DNA from: Lingula anatina | Lineage: Eukaryota > Animalia > Brachiopoda | Reading direction: 5' to 3' | NCBI GenBank assembly: GCA_051362555.1 | Contig: JBPQGU010000013.1 | Coordinates: 248,001 to 312,000 of the forward strand | Length of the DNA: 64,000 bases | Shown: positions 24,001 through 39,000 of the stretch, in pieces | How the letters are laid out: each line of letters opens with the position of its first letter | Numbering within the stretch: position 1 is the first letter of the stretch | Position numbers and translations under genes: made by a program | The notes under the pieces: model-generated | What the model was told of the DNA's origin: nothing | Seen by the model: the letters and a program-made list of their open reading frames with translations, nothing else | Database searches by the model: none

Positions 24001-27000
24001 TAAAGCTGAAATTGGGGGCTTTAATGAAGTGACCCGGGCGCGTTTCCACATTTTTTATGAATGTCAGGTGTGGTAAATTAATTTTCATCACTTTTTGGAA
24101 AAATTGGTGACGGGTCATTTTTGGGTGATTTTGAGAGATTTTCGTAAGGTCCGGATATGGCAGTTTTCTTCAATTTTGGCCAGGTAGGGATGAAAAATTT
24201 TTTTCTTCAATATTGTGTCAGGTAGGTGTGTTTGGTCATTTGTAGTGAGGGTAAAGTGCTGGAAGAGGGATTGTGTCATTATTTAGGAAGAAATAGAGCA
24301 AAAACTCTCTCCACCCCCCCTCTCTCCAAATCCTGTTCTCAGGTGTGCTTTCTGGCAATCTTTAAAGCTGAAATTGGGGGCTTTAATGAAGTGACCCGGG
24401 CGCGTTTCCACATTTTTTATGAATGTCAGGTGTGGTAAATTAATTTTCATCACTTTTTGGAAAAATTGGTGACGGGTCATTTTTGGGTGATTTTGAGAGA
24501 TTTTCGTAAGGTCCGGATATGGCAGTTTTCTTCAATTTTGGCCAGGTAGGGATGAAAAATTTTTTTCTTCAATATTGTGTCAGGTAGGTGTGTTTGGTCA
24601 TTTGTAGTGAGGGTAAAGTGCTGGAAGAGGGATTGTGTCATTATTTAGGAAGAAATAGAGCAAAAACTCTCTCCACCCCCCCTCTCTCCAAATCCTGTTC
24701 TCAGGTGTGCTTTCTGGCAATCTTTAAAGCTGAAATTGGGGGCTTTAATGAAGTGACCCGGGCGCGTTTCCACATTTTTTATGAATGTCAGGTGTGGTAA
24801 ATTAATTTTCATCACTTTTTGGAAAAATTGGTGACGGGTCATTTTTGGGTGATTTTGAGAGATTTTCGTAAGGTCCGGATATGGCAGTTTTCTTCAATTT
24901 TGGCCAGGTAGGGATGAAAAATTTTTTTCTTCAATATTGTGTCAGGTAGGTGTGTTTGGTCATTTGTAGTGAGGGTAAAGTGCTGGAAGAGGGATTGTGT
25001 CATTATTTAGGAAGAAATAGAGCAAAAACTCTCTCCACCCCCCCTCTCTCCAAATCCTGTTCTCAGGTGTGCTTTCTGGCAATCTTTAAAGCTGAAATTG
25101 GGGGCTTTAATGAAGTGACCCGGGCGCGTTTCCACATTTTTTATGAATGTCAGGTGTGGTAAATTAATTTTCATCACTTTTTGGAAAAATTGGTGACGGG
25201 TCATTTTTGGGTGATTTTGAGAGATTTTCGTAAGGTCCGGATATGGCAGTTTTCTTCAATTTTGGCCAGGTAGGGATGAAAAATTTTTTTCTTCAATATT
25301 GTGTCAGGTAGGTGTGTTTGGTCATTTGTAGTGAGGGTAAAGTGCTGGAAGAGGGATTGTGTCATTATTTAGGAAGAAATAGAGCAAAAACTCTCTCCAC
25401 CCCCCCTCTCTCCAAATCCTGTTCTCAGGTGTGCTTTCTGGCAATCTTTAAAGCTGAAATTGGGGGCTTTAATGAAGTGACCCGGGCGCGTTTCCACATT
25501 TTTTATGAATGTCAGGTGTGGTAAATTAATTTTCATCACTTTTTGGAAAAATTGGTGACGGGTCATTTTTGGGTGATTTTGAGAGATTTTCGTAAGGTCC
25601 GGATATGGCAGTTTTCTTCAATTTTGGCCAGGTAGGGATGAAAAATTTTTTTCTTCAATATTGTGTCAGGTAGGTGTGTTTGGTCATTTGTAGTGAGGGT
25701 AAAGTGCTGGAAGAGGGATTGTGTCATTATTTAGGAAGAAATAGAGCAAAAACTCTCTCCACCCCCCCTCTCTCCAAATCCTGTTCTCAGGTGTGCTTTC
25801 TGGCAATCTTTAAAGCTGAAATTGGGGGCTTTAATGAAGTGACCCGGGCGCGTTTCCACATTTTTTATGAATGTCAGGTGTGGTAAATTAATTTTCATCA
25901 CTTTTTGGAAAAATTGGTGACGGGTCATTTTTGGGTGATTTTGAGAGATTTTCGTAAGGTCCGGATATGGCAGTTTTCTTCAATTTTGGCCAGGTAGGGA
26001 TGAAAAATTTTTTTCTTCAATATTGTGTCAGGTAGGTGTGTTTGGTCATTTGTAGTGAGGGTAAAGTGCTGGAAGAGGGATTGTGTCATTATTTAGGAAG
26101 AAATAGAGCAAAAACTCTCTCCACCCCCCCTCTCTCCAAATCCTGTTCTCAGGTGTGCTTTCTGGCAATCTTTAAAGCTGAAATTGGGGGCTTTAATGAA
26201 GTGACCCGGGCGCGTTTCCACATTTTTTATGAATGTCAGGTGTGGTAAATTAATTTTCATCACTTTTTGGAAAAATTGGTGACGGGTCATTTTTGGGTGA
26301 TTTTGAGAGATTTTCGTAAGGTCCGGATATGGCAGTTTTCTTCAATTTTGGCCAGGTAGGGATGAAAAATTTTTTTCTTCAATATTGTGTCAGGTAGGTG
26401 TGTTTGGTCATTTGTAGTGAGGGTAAAGTGCTGGAAGAGGGATTGTGTCATTATTTAGGAAGAAATAGAGCAAAAACTCTCTCCACCCCCCCTCTCTCCA
26501 AATCCTGTTCTCAGGTGTGCTTTCTGGCAATCTTTAAAGCTGAAATTGGGGGCTTTAATGAAGTGACCCGGGCGCGTTTCCACATTTTTTATGAATGTCA
26601 GGTGTGGTAAATTAATTTTCATCACTTTTTGGAAAAATTGGTGACGGGTCATTTTTGGGTGATTTTGAGAGATTTTCGTAAGGTCCGGATATGGCAGTTT
26701 TCTTCAATTTTGGCCAGGTAGGGATGAAAAATTTTTTTCTTCAATATTGTGTCAGGTAGGTGTGTTTGGTCATTTGTAGTGAGGGTAAAGTGCTGGAAGA
26801 GGGATTGTGTCATTATTTAGGAAGAAATAGAGCAAAAACTCTCTCCACCCCCCCTCTCTCCAAATCCTGTTCTCAGGTGTGCTTTCTGGCAATCTTTAAA
26901 GCTGAAATTGGGGGCTTTAATGAAGTGACCCGGGCGCGTTTCCACATTTTTTATGAATGTCAGGTGTGGTAAATTAATTTTCATCACTTTTTGGAAAAAT

Positions 27001-30000
27001 TGGTGACGGGTCATTTTTGGGTGATTTTGAGAGATTTTCGTAAGGTCCGGATATGGCAGTTTTCTTCAATTTTGGCCAGGTAGGGATGAAAAATTTTTTT
27101 CTTCAATATTGTGTCAGGTAGGTGTGTTTGGTCATTTGTAGTGAGGGTAAAGTGCTGGAAGAGGGATTGTGTCATTATTTAGGAAGAAATAGAGCAAAAA
27201 CTCTCTCCACCCCCCCTCTCTCCAAATCCTGTTCTCAGGTGTGCTTTCTGGCAATCTTTAAAGCTGAAATTGGGGGCTTTAATGAAGTGACCCGGGCGCG
27301 TTTCCACATTTTTTATGAATGTCAGGTGTGGTAAATTAATTTTCATCACTTTTTGGAAAAATTGGTGACGGGTCATTTTTGGGTGATTTTGAGAGATTTT
27401 CGTAAGGTCCGGATATGGCAGTTTTCTTCAATTTTGGCCAGGTAGGGATGAAAAATTTTTTTCTTCAATATTGTGTCAGGTAGGTGTGTTTGGTCATTTG
27501 TAGTGAGGGTAAAGTGCTGGAAGAGGGATTGTGTCATTATTTAGGAAGAAATAGAGCAAAAACTCTCTCCACCCCCCCTCTCTCCAAATCCTGTTCTCAG
27601 GTGTGCTTTCTGGCAATCTTTAAAGCTGAAATTGGGGGCTTTAATGAAGTGACCCGGGCGCGTTTCCACATTTTTTATGAATGTCAGGTGTGGTAAATTA
27701 ATTTTCATCACTTTTTGGAAAAATTGGTGACGGGTCATTTTTGGGTGATTTTGAGAGATTTTCGTAAGGTCCGGATATGGCAGTTTTCTTCAATTTTGGC
27801 CAGGTAGGGATGAAAAATTTTTTTCTTCAATATTGTGTCAGGTAGGTGTGTTTGGTCATTTGTAGTGAGGGTAAAGTGCTGGAAGAGGGATTGTGTCATT
27901 ATTTAGGAAGAAATAGAGCAAAAACTCTCTCCACCCCCCCTCTCTCCAAATCCTGTTCTCAGGTGTGCTTTCTGGCAATCTTTAAAGCTGAAATTGGGGG
28001 CTTTAATGAAGTGACCCGGGCGCGTTTCCACATTTTTTATGAATGTCAGGTGTGGTAAATTAATTTTCATCACTTTTTGGAAAAATTGGTGACGGGTCAT
28101 TTTTGGGTGATTTTGAGAGATTTTCGTAAGGTCCGGATATGGCAGTTTTCTTCAATTTTGGCCAGGTAGGGATGAAAAATTTTTTTCTTCAATATTGTGT
28201 CAGGTAGGTGTGTTTGGTCATTTGTAGTGAGGGTAAAGTGCTGGAAGAGGGATTGTGTCATTATTTAGGAAGAAATAGAGCAAAAACTCTCTCCACCCCC
28301 CCTCTCTCCAAATCCTGTTCTCAGGTGTGCTTTCTGGCAATCTTTAAAGCTGAAATTGGGGGCTTTAATGAAGTGACCCGGGCGCGTTTCCACATTTTTT
28401 ATGAATGTCAGGTGTGGTAAATTAATTTTCATCACTTTTTGGAAAAATTGGTGACGGGTCATTTTTGGGTGATTTTGAGAGATTTTCGTAAGGTCCGGAT
28501 ATGGCAGTTTTCTTCAATTTTGGCCAGGTAGGGATGAAAAATTTTTTTCTTCAATATTGTGTCAGGTAGGTGTGTTTGGTCATTTGTAGTGAGGGTAAAG
28601 TGCTGGAAGAGGGATTGTGTCATTATTTAGGAAGAAATAGAGCAAAAACTCTCTCCACCCCCCCTCTCTCCAAATCCTGTTCTCAGGTGTGCTTTCTGGC
28701 AATCTTTAAAGCTGAAATTGGGGGCTTTAATGAAGTGACCCGGGCGCGTTTCCACATTTTTTATGAATGTCAGGTGTGGTAAATTAATTTTCATCACTTT
28801 TTGGAAAAATTGGTGACGGGTCATTTTTGGGTGATTTTGAGAGATTTTCGTAAGGTCCGGATATGGCAGTTTTCTTCAATTTTGGCCAGGTAGGGATGAA
28901 AAATTTTTTTCTTCAATATTGTGTCAGGTAGGTGTGTTTGGTCATTTGTAGTGAGGGTAAAGTGCTGGAAGAGGGATTGTGTCATTATTTAGGAAGAAAT
29001 AGAGCAAAAACTCTCTCCACCCCCCCTCTCTCCAAATCCTGTTCTCAGGTGTGCTTTCTGGCAATCTTTAAAGCTGAAATTGGGGGCTTTAATGAAGTGA
29101 CCCGGGCGCGTTTCCACATTTTTTATGAATGTCAGGTGTGGTAAATTAATTTTCATCACTTTTTGGAAAAATTGGTGACGGGTCATTTTTGGGTGATTTT
29201 GAGAGATTTTCGTAAGGTCCGGATATGGCAGTTTTCTTCAATTTTGGCCAGGTAGGGATGAAAAATTTTTTTCTTCAATATTGTGTCAGGTAGGTGTGTT
29301 TGGTCATTTGTAGTGAGGGTAAAGTGCTGGAAGAGGGATTGTGTCATTATTTAGGAAGAAATAGAGCAAAAACTCTCTCCACCCCCCCTCTCTCCAAATC
29401 CTGTTCTCAGGTGTGCTTTCTGGCAATCTTTAAAGCTGAAATTGGGGGCTTTAATGAAGTGACCCGGGCGCGTTTCCACATTTTTTATGAATGTCAGGTG
29501 TGGTAAATTAATTTTCATCACTTTTTGGAAAAATTGGTGACGGGTCATTTTTGGGTGATTTTGAGAGATTTTCGTAAGGTCCGGATATGGCAGTTTTCTT
29601 CAATTTTGGCCAGGTAGGGATGAAAAATTTTTTTCTTCAATATTGTGTCAGGTAGGTGTGTTTGGTCATTTGTAGTGAGGGTAAAGTGCTGGAAGAGGGA
29701 TTGTGTCATTATTTAGGAAGAAATAGAGCAAAAACTCTCTCCACCCCCCCTCTCTCCAAATCCTGTTCTCAGGTGTGCTTTCTGGCAATCTTTAAAGCTG
29801 AAATTGGGGGCTTTAATGAAGTGACCCGGGCGCGTTTCCACATTTTTTATGAATGTCAGGTGTGGTAAATTAATTTTCATCACTTTTTGGAAAAATTGGT
29901 GACGGGTCATTTTTGGGTGATTTTGAGAGATTTTCGTAAGGTCCGGATATGGCAGTTTTCTTCAATTTTGGCCAGGTAGGGATGAAAAATTTTTTTCTTC

Positions 30001-33000
30001 AATATTGTGTCAGGTAGGTGTGTTTGGTCATTTGTAGTGAGGGTAAAGTGCTGGAAGAGGGATTGTGTCATTATTTAGGAAGAAATAGAGCAAAAACTCT
30101 CTCCACCCCCCCTCTCTCCAAATCCTGTTCTCAGGTGTGCTTTCTGGCAATCTTTAAAGCTGAAATTGGGGGCTTTAATGAAGTGACCCGGGCGCGTTTC
30201 CACATTTTTTATGAATGTCAGGTGTGGTAAATTAATTTTCATCACTTTTTGGAAAAATTGGTGACGGGTCATTTTTGGGTGATTTTGAGAGATTTTCGTA
30301 AGGTCCGGATATGGCAGTTTTCTTCAATTTTGGCCAGGTAGGGATGAAAAATTTTTTTCTTCAATATTGTGTCAGGTAGGTGTGTTTGGTCATTTGTAGT
30401 GAGGGTAAAGTGCTGGAAGAGGGATTGTGTCATTATTTAGGAAGAAATAGAGCAAAAACTCTCTCCACCCCCCCTCTCTCCAAATCCTGTTCTCAGGTGT
30501 GCTTTCTGGCAATCTTTAAAGCTGAAATTGGGGGCTTTAATGAAGTGACCCGGGCGCGTTTCCACATTTTTTATGAATGTCAGGTGTGGTAAATTAATTT
30601 TCATCACTTTTTGGAAAAATTGGTGACGGGTCATTTTTGGGTGATTTTGAGAGATTTTCGTAAGGTCCGGATATGGCAGTTTTCTTCAATTTTGGCCAGG
30701 TAGGGATGAAAAATTTTTTTCTTCAATATTGTGTCAGGTAGGTGTGTTTGGTCATTTGTAGTGAGGGTAAAGTGCTGGAAGAGGGATTGTGTCATTATTT
30801 AGGAAGAAATAGAGCAAAAACTCTCTCCACCCCCCCTCTCTCCAAATCCTGTTCTCAGGTGTGCTTTCTGGCAATCTTTAAAGCTGAAATTGGGGGCTTT
30901 AATGAAGTGACCCGGGCGCGTTTCCACATTTTTTATGAATGTCAGGTGTGGTAAATTAATTTTCATCACTTTTTGGAAAAATTGGTGACGGGTCATTTTT
31001 GGGTGATTTTGAGAGATTTTCGTAAGGTCCGGATATGGCAGTTTTCTTCAATTTTGGCCAGGTAGGGATGAAAAATTTTTTTCTTCAATATTGTGTCAGG
31101 TAGGTGTGTTTGGTCATTTGTAGTGAGGGTAAAGTGCTGGAAGAGGGATTGTGTCATTATTTAGGAAGAAATAGAGCAAAAACTCTCTACACCCCCCCTC
31201 TCTCCAAATCCTGTTCTCAGGTGTGCTTTCTGGCAATCTTTAAAGCTGAAATTGGGGGCTTTAATGAAGTGACCCGGGCGCGTTTCCACATTTTTTATGA
31301 ATGTCAGGTGTGGTAAATTAATTTTCATCACTTTTTGGAAAAATTGGTGACGGGTCATTTTTGGGTGATTTTGAGAGATTTTCGTAAGGTCCGGATATGG
31401 CAGTTTTCTTCAATTTTGGCCAGGTAGGGATGAAAAATTTTTTTCTTCAATATTGTGTCAGGTAGGTGTGTTTGGTCATTTGTAGTGAGGGTAAAGTGCT
31501 GGAAGAGGGATTGTGTCATTATTTAGGAAGAAATAGAGCAAAAACTCTCTCCACCCCCCCTCTCTCCAAATCCTGTTCTCAGGTGTGCTTTCTGGCAATC
31601 TTTAAAGCTGAAATTGGGGGCTTTAATGAAGTGACCCGGGCGCGTTTCCACATTTTTTATGAATGTCAGGTGTGGTAAATTAATTTTCATCACTTTTTGG
31701 AAAAATTGGTGACGGGTCATTTTTGGGTGATTTTGAGAGATTTTCGTAAGGTCCGGATATGGCAGTTTTCTTCAATTTTGGCCAGGTAGGGATGAAAAAT
31801 TTTTTTCTTCAATATTGTGTCAGGTAGGTGTGTTTGGTCATTTGTAGTGAGGGTAAAGTGCTGGAAGAGGGATTGTGTCATTATTTAGGAAGAAATAGAG
31901 CAAAAACTCTCTCCACCCCCCCTCTCTCCAAATCCTGTTCTCAGGTGTGCTTTCTGGCAATCTTTAAAGCTGAAATTGGGGGCTTTAATGAAGTGACCCG
32001 GGCGCGTTTCCACATTTTTTATGAATGTCAGGTGTGGTAAATTAATTTTCATCACTTTTTGGAAAAATTGGTGACGGGTCATTTTTGGGTGATTTTGAGA
32101 GATTTTCGTAAGGTCCGGATATGGCAGTTTTCTTCAATTTTGGCCAGGTAGGGATGAAAAATTTTTTTCTTCAATATTGTGTCAGGTAGGTGTGTTTGGT
32201 CATTTGTAGTGAGGGTAAAGTGCTGGAAGAGGGATTGTGTCATTATTTAGGAAGAAATAGAGCAAAAACTCTCTCCACCCCCCCTCTCTCCAAATCCTGT
32301 TCTCAGGTGTGCTTTCTGGCAATCTTTAAAGCTGAAATTGGGGGCTTTAATGAAGTGACCCGGGCGCGTTTCCACATTTTTTATGAATGTCAGGTGTGGT
32401 AAATTAATTTTCATCACTTTTTGGAAAAATTGGTGACGGGTCATTTTTGGGTGATTTTGAGAGATTTTCGTAAGGTCCGGATATGGCAGTTTTCTTCAAT
32501 TTTGGCCAGGTAGGGATGAAAAATTTTTTTCTTCAATATTGTGTCAGGTAGGTGTGTTTGGTCATTTGTAGTGAGGGTAAAGTGCTGGAAGAGGGATTGT
32601 GTCATTATTTAGGAAGAAATAGAGCAAAAACTCTCTCCACCCCCCCTCTCTCCAAATCCTGTTCTCAGGTGTGCTTTCTGGCAATCTTTAAAGCTGAAAT
32701 TGGGGGCTTTAATGAAGTGACCCGGGCGCGTTTCCACATTTTTTATGAATGTCAGGTGTGGTAAATTAATTTTCATCACTTTTTGGAAAAATTGGTGACG
32801 GGTCATTTTTGGGTGATTTTGAGAGATTTTCGTAAGGTCCGGATATGGCAGTTTTCTTCAATTTTGGCCAGGTAGGGATGAAAAATTTTTTTCTTCAATA
32901 TTGTGTCAGGTAGGTGTGTTTGGTCATTTGTAGTGAGGGTAAAGTGCTGGAAGAGGGATTGTGTCATTATTTAGGAAGAAATAGAGCAAAAACTCTCTCC

Positions 33001-36000
33001 ACCCCCCCTCTCTCCAAATCCTGTTCTCAGGTGTGCTTTCTGGCAATCTTTAAAGCTGAAATTGGGGGCTTTAATGAAGTGACCCGGGCGCGTTTCCACA
33101 TTTTTTATGAATGTCAGGTGTGGTAAATTAATTTTCATCACTTTTTGGAAAAATTGGTGACGGGTCATTTTTGGGTGATTTTGAGAGATTTTCGTAAGGT
33201 CCGGATATGGCAGTTTTCTTCAATTTTGGCCAGGTAGGGATGAAAAATTTTTTTCTTCAATATTGTGTCAGGTAGGTGTGTTTGGTCATTTGTAGTGAGG
33301 GTAAAGTGCTGGAAGAGGGATTGTGTCATTATTTAGGAAGAAATAGAGCAAAAACTCTCTCCACCCCCCCTCTCTCCAAATCCTGTTCTCAGGTGTGCTT
33401 TCTGGCAATCTTTAAAGCTGAAATTGGGGGCTTTAATGAAGTGACCCGGGCGCGTTTCCACATTTTTTATGAATGTCAGGTGTGGTAAATTAATTTTCAT
33501 CACTTTTTGGAAAAATTGGTGACGGGTCATTTTTGGGTGATTTTGAGAGATTTTCGTAAGGTCCGGATATGGCAGTTTTCTTCAATTTTGGCCAGGTAGG
33601 GATGAAAAATTTTTTTCTTCAATATTGTGTCAGGTAGGTGTGTTTGGTCATTTGTAGTGAGGGTAAAGTGCTGGAAGAGGGATTGTGTCATTATTTAGGA
33701 AGAAATAGAGCAAAAACTCTCTCCACCCCCCCTCTCTCCAAATCCTGTTCTCAGGTGTGCTTTCTGGCAATCTTTAAAGCTGAAATTGGGGGCTTTAATG
33801 AAGTGACCCGGGCGCGTTTCCACATTTTTTATGAATGTCAGGTGTGGTAAATTAATTTTCATCACTTTTTGGAAAAATTGGTGACGGGTCATTTTTGGGT
33901 GATTTTGAGAGATTTTCGTAAGGTCCGGATATGGCAGTTTTCTTCAATTTTGGCCAGGTAGGGATGAAAAATTTTTTTCTTCAATATTGTGTCAGGTAGG
34001 TGTGTTTGGTCATTTGTAGTGAGGGTAAAGTGCTGGAAGAGGGATTGTGTCATTATTTAGGAAGAAATAGAGCAAAAACTCTCTCCACCCCCCCTCTCTC
34101 CAAATCCTGTTCTCAGGTGTGCTTTCTGGCAATCTTTAAAGCTGAAATTGGGGGCTTTAATGAAGTGACCCGGGCGCGTTTCCACATTTTTTATGAATGT
34201 CAGGTGTGGTAAATTAATTTTCATCACTTTTTGGAAAAATTGGTGACGGGTCATTTTTGGGTGATTTTGAGAGATTTTCGTAAGGTCCGGATATGGCAGT
34301 TTTCTTCAATTTTGGCCAGGTAGGGATGAAAAATTTTTTTCTTCAATATTGTGTCAGGTAGGTGTGTTTGGTCATTTGTAGTGAGGGTAAAGTGCTGGAA
34401 GAGGGATTGTGTCATTATTTAGGAAGAAATAGAGCAAAAACTCTCTCCACCCCCCCTCTCTCCAAATCCTGTTCTCAGGTGTGCTTTCTGGCAATCTTTA
34501 AAGCTGAAATTGGGGGCTTTAATGAAGTGACCCGGGCGCGTTTCCACATTTTTTATGAATGTCAGGTGTGGTAAATTAATTTTCATCACTTTTTGGAAAA
34601 ATTGGTGACGGGTCATTTTTGGGTGATTTTGAGAGATTTTCGTAAGGTCCGGATATGGCAGTTTTCTTCAATTTTGGCCAGGTAGGGATGAAAAATTTTT
34701 TTCTTCAATATTGTGTCAGGTAGGTGTGTTTGGTCATTTGTAGTGAGGGTAAAGTGCTGGAAGAGGGATTGTGTCATTATTTAGGAAGAAATAGAGCAAA
34801 AACTCTCTCCACCCCCCCTCTCTCCAAATCCTGTTCTCAGGTGTGCTTTCTGGCAATCTTTAAAGCTGAAATTGGGGGCTTTAATGAAGTGACCCGGGCG
34901 CGTTTCCACATTTTTTATGAATGTCAGGTGTGGTAAATTAATTTTCATCACTTTTTGGAAAAATTGGTGACGGGTCATTTTTGGGTGATTTTGAGAGATT
35001 TTCGTAAGGTCCGGATATGGCAGTTTTCTTCAATTTTGGCCAGGTAGGGATGAAAAATTTTTTTCTTCAATATTGTGTCAGGTAGGTGTGTTTGGTCATT
35101 TGTAGTGAGGGTAAAGTGCTGGAAGAGGGATTGTGTCATTATTTAGGAAGAAATAGAGCAAAAACTCTCTCCACCCCCCCTCTCTCCAAATCCTGTTCTC
35201 AGGTGTGCTTTCTGGCAATCTTTAAAGCTGAAATTGGGGGCTTTAATGAAGTGACCCGGGCGCGTTTCCACATTTTTTATGAATGTCAGGTGTGGTAAAT
35301 TAATTTTCATCACTTTTTGGAAAAATTGGTGACGGGTCATTTTTGGGTGATTTTGAGAGATTTTCGTAAGGTCCGGATATGGCAGTTTTCTTCAATTTTG
35401 GCCAGGTAGGGATGAAAAATTTTTTTCTTCAATATTGTGTCAGGTAGGTGTGTTTGGTCATTTGTAGTGAGGGTAAAGTGCTGGAAGAGGGATTGTGTCA
35501 TTATTTAGGAAGAAATAGAGCAAAAACTCTCTCCACCCCCCCTCTCTCCAAATCCTGTTCTCAGGTGTGCTTTCTGGCAATCTTTAAAGCTGAAATTGGG
35601 GGCTTTAATGAAGTGACCCGGGCGCGTTTCCACATTTTTTATGAATGTCAGGTGTGGTAAATTAATTTTCATCACTTTTTGGAAAAATTGGTGACGGGTC
35701 ATTTTTGGGTGATTTTGAGAGATTTTCGTAAGGTCCGGATATGGCAGTTTTCTTCAATTTTGGCCAGGTAGGGATGAAAAATTTTTTTCTTCAATATTGT
35801 GTCAGGTAGGTGTGTTTGGTCATTTGTAGTGAGGGTAAAGTGCTGGAAGAGGGATTGTGTCATTATTTAGGAAGAAATAGAGCAAAAACTCTCTCCACCC
35901 CCCCTCTCTCCAAATCCTGTTCTCAGGTGTGCTTTCTGGCAATCTTTAAAGCTGAAATTGGGGGCTTTAATGAAGTGACCCGGGCGCGTTTCCACATTTT

Positions 36001-39000
36001 TTATGAATGTCAGGTGTGGTAAATTAATTTTCATCACTTTTTGGAAAAATTGGTGACGGGTCATTTTTGGGTGATTTTGAGAGATTTTCGTAAGGTCCGG
36101 ATATGGCAGTTTTCTTCAATTTTGGCCAGGTAGGGATGAAAAATTTTTTTCTTCAATATTGTGTCAGGTAGGTGTGTTTGGTCATTTGTAGTGAGGGTAA
36201 AGTGCTGGAAGAGGGATTGTGTCATTATTTAGGAAGAAATAGAGCAAAAACTCTCTCCACCCCCCCTCTCTCCAAATCCTGTTCTCAGGTGTGCTTTCTG
36301 GCAATCTTTAAAGCTGAAATTGGGGGCTTTAATGAAGTGACCCGGGCGCGTTTCCACATTTTTTATGAATGTCAGGTGTGGTAAATTAATTTTCATCACT
36401 TTTTGGAAAAATTGGTGACGGGTCATTTTTGGGTGATTTTGAGAGATTTTCGTAAGGTCCGGATATGGCAGTTTTCTTCAATTTTGGCCAGGTAGGGATG
36501 AAAAATTTTTTTCTTCAATATTGTGTCAGGTAGGTGTGTTTGGTCATTTGTAGTGAGGGTAAAGTGCTGGAAGAGGGATTGTGTCATTATTTAGGAAGAA
36601 ATAGAGCAAAAACTCTCTCCACCCCCCCTCTCTCCAAATCCTGTTCTCAGGTGTGCTTTCTGGCAATCTTTAAAGCTGAAATTGGGGGCTTTAATGAAGT
36701 GACCCGGGCGCGTTTCCACATTTTTTATGAATGTCAGGTGTGGTAAATTAATTTTCATCACTTTTTGGAAAAATTGGTGACGGGTCATTTTTGGGTGATT
36801 TTGAGAGATTTTCGTAAGGTCCGGATATGGCAGTTTTCTTCAATTTTGGCCAGGTAGGGATGAAAAATTTTTTTCTTCAATATTGTGTCAGGTAGGTGTG
36901 TTTGGTCATTTGTAGTGAGGGTAAAGTGCTGGAAGAGGGATTGTGTCATTATTTAGGAAGAAATAGAGCAAAAACTCTCTCCACCCCCCCTCTCTCCAAA
37001 TCCTGTTCTCAGGTGTGCTTTCTGGCAATCTTTAAAGCTGAAATTGGGGGCTTTAATGAAGTGACCCGGGCGCGTTTCCACATTTTTTATGAATGTCAGG
37101 TGTGGTAAATTAATTTTCATCACTTTTTGGAAAAATTGGTGACGGGTCATTTTTGGGTGATTTTGAGAGATTTTCGTAAGGTCCGGATATGGCAGTTTTC
37201 TTCAATTTTGGCCAGGTAGGGATGAAAAATTTTTTTCTTCAATATTGTGTCAGGTAGGTGTGTTTGGTCATTTGTAGTGAGGGTAAAGTGCTGGAAGAGG
37301 GATTGTGTCATTATTTAGGAAGAAATAGAGCAAAAACTCTCTCCACCCCCCCTCTCTCCAAATCCTGTTCTCAGGTGTGCTTTCTGGCAATCTTTAAAGC
37401 TGAAATTGGGGGCTTTAATGAAGTGACCCGGGCGCGTTTCCACATTTTTTATGAATGTCAGGTGTGGTAAATTAATTTTCATCACTTTTTGGAAAAATTG
37501 GTGACGGGTCATTTTTGGGTGATTTTGAGAGATTTTCGTAAGGTCCGGATATGGCAGTTTTCTTCAATTTTGGCCAGGTAGGGATGAAAAATTTTTTTCT
37601 TCAATATTGTGTCAGGTAGGTGTGTTTGGTCATTTGTAGTGAGGGTAAAGTGCTGGAAGAGGGATTGTGTCATTATTTAGGAAGAAATAGAGCAAAAACT
37701 CTCTCCACCCCCCCTCTCTCCAAATCCTGTTCTCAGGTGTGCTTTCTGGCAATCTTTAAAGCTGAAATTGGGGGCTTTAATGAAGTGACCCGGGCGCGTT
37801 TCCACATTTTTTATGAATGTCAGGTGTGGTAAATTAATTTTCATCACTTTTTGGAAAAATTGGTGACGGGTCATTTTTGGGTGATTTTGAGAGATTTTCG
37901 TAAGGTCCGGATATGGCAGTTTTCTTCAATTTTGGCCAGGTAGGGATGAAAAATTTTTTTCTTCAATATTGTGTCAGGTAGGTGTGTTTGGTCATTTGTA
38001 GTGAGGGTAAAGTGCTGGAAGAGGGATTGTGTCATTATTTAGGAAGAAATAGAGCAAAAACTCTCTCCACCCCCCCTCTCTCCAAATCCTGTTCTCAGGT
38101 GTGCTTTCTGGCAATCTTTAAAGCTGAAATTGGGGGCTTTAATGAAGTGACCCGGGCGCGTTTCCACATTTTTTATGAATGTCAGGTGTGGTAAATTAAT
38201 TTTCATCACTTTTTGGAAAAATTGGTGACGGGTCATTTTTGGGTGATTTTGAGAGATTTTCGTAAGGTCCGGATATGGCAGTTTTCTTCAATTTTGGCCA
38301 GGTAGGGATGAAAAATTTTTTTCTTCAATATTGTGTCAGGTAGGTGTGTTTGGTCATTTGTAGTGAGGGTAAAGTGCTGGAAGAGGGATTGTGTCATTAT
38401 TTAGGAAGAAATAGAGCAAAAACTCTCTCCACCCCCCCTCTCTCCAAATCCTGTTCTCAGGTGTGCTTTCTGGCAATCTTTAAAGCTGAAATTGGGGGCT
38501 TTAATGAAGTGACCCGGGCGCGTTTCCACATTTTTTATGAATGTCAGGTGTGGTAAATTAATTTTCATCACTTTTTGGAAAAATTGGTGACGGGTCATTT
38601 TTGGGTGATTTTGAGAGATTTTCGTAAGGTCCGGATATGGCAGTTTTCTTCAATTTTGGCCAGGTAGGGATGAAAAATTTTTTTCTTCAATATTGTGTCA
38701 GGTAGGTGTGTTTGGTCATTTGTAGTGAGGGTAAAGTGCTGGAAGAGGGATTGTGTCATTATTTAGGAAGAAATAGAGCAAAAACTCTCTCCACCCCCCC
38801 TCTCTCCAAATCCTGTTCTCAGGTGTGCTTTCTGGCAATCTTTAAAGCTGAAATTGGGGGCTTTAATGAAGTGACCCGGGCGCGTTTCCACATTTTTTAT
38901 GAATGTCAGGTGTGGTAAATTAATTTTCATCACTTTTTGGAAAAATTGGTGACGGGTCATTTTTGGGTGATTTTGAGAGATTTTCGTAAGGTCCGGATAT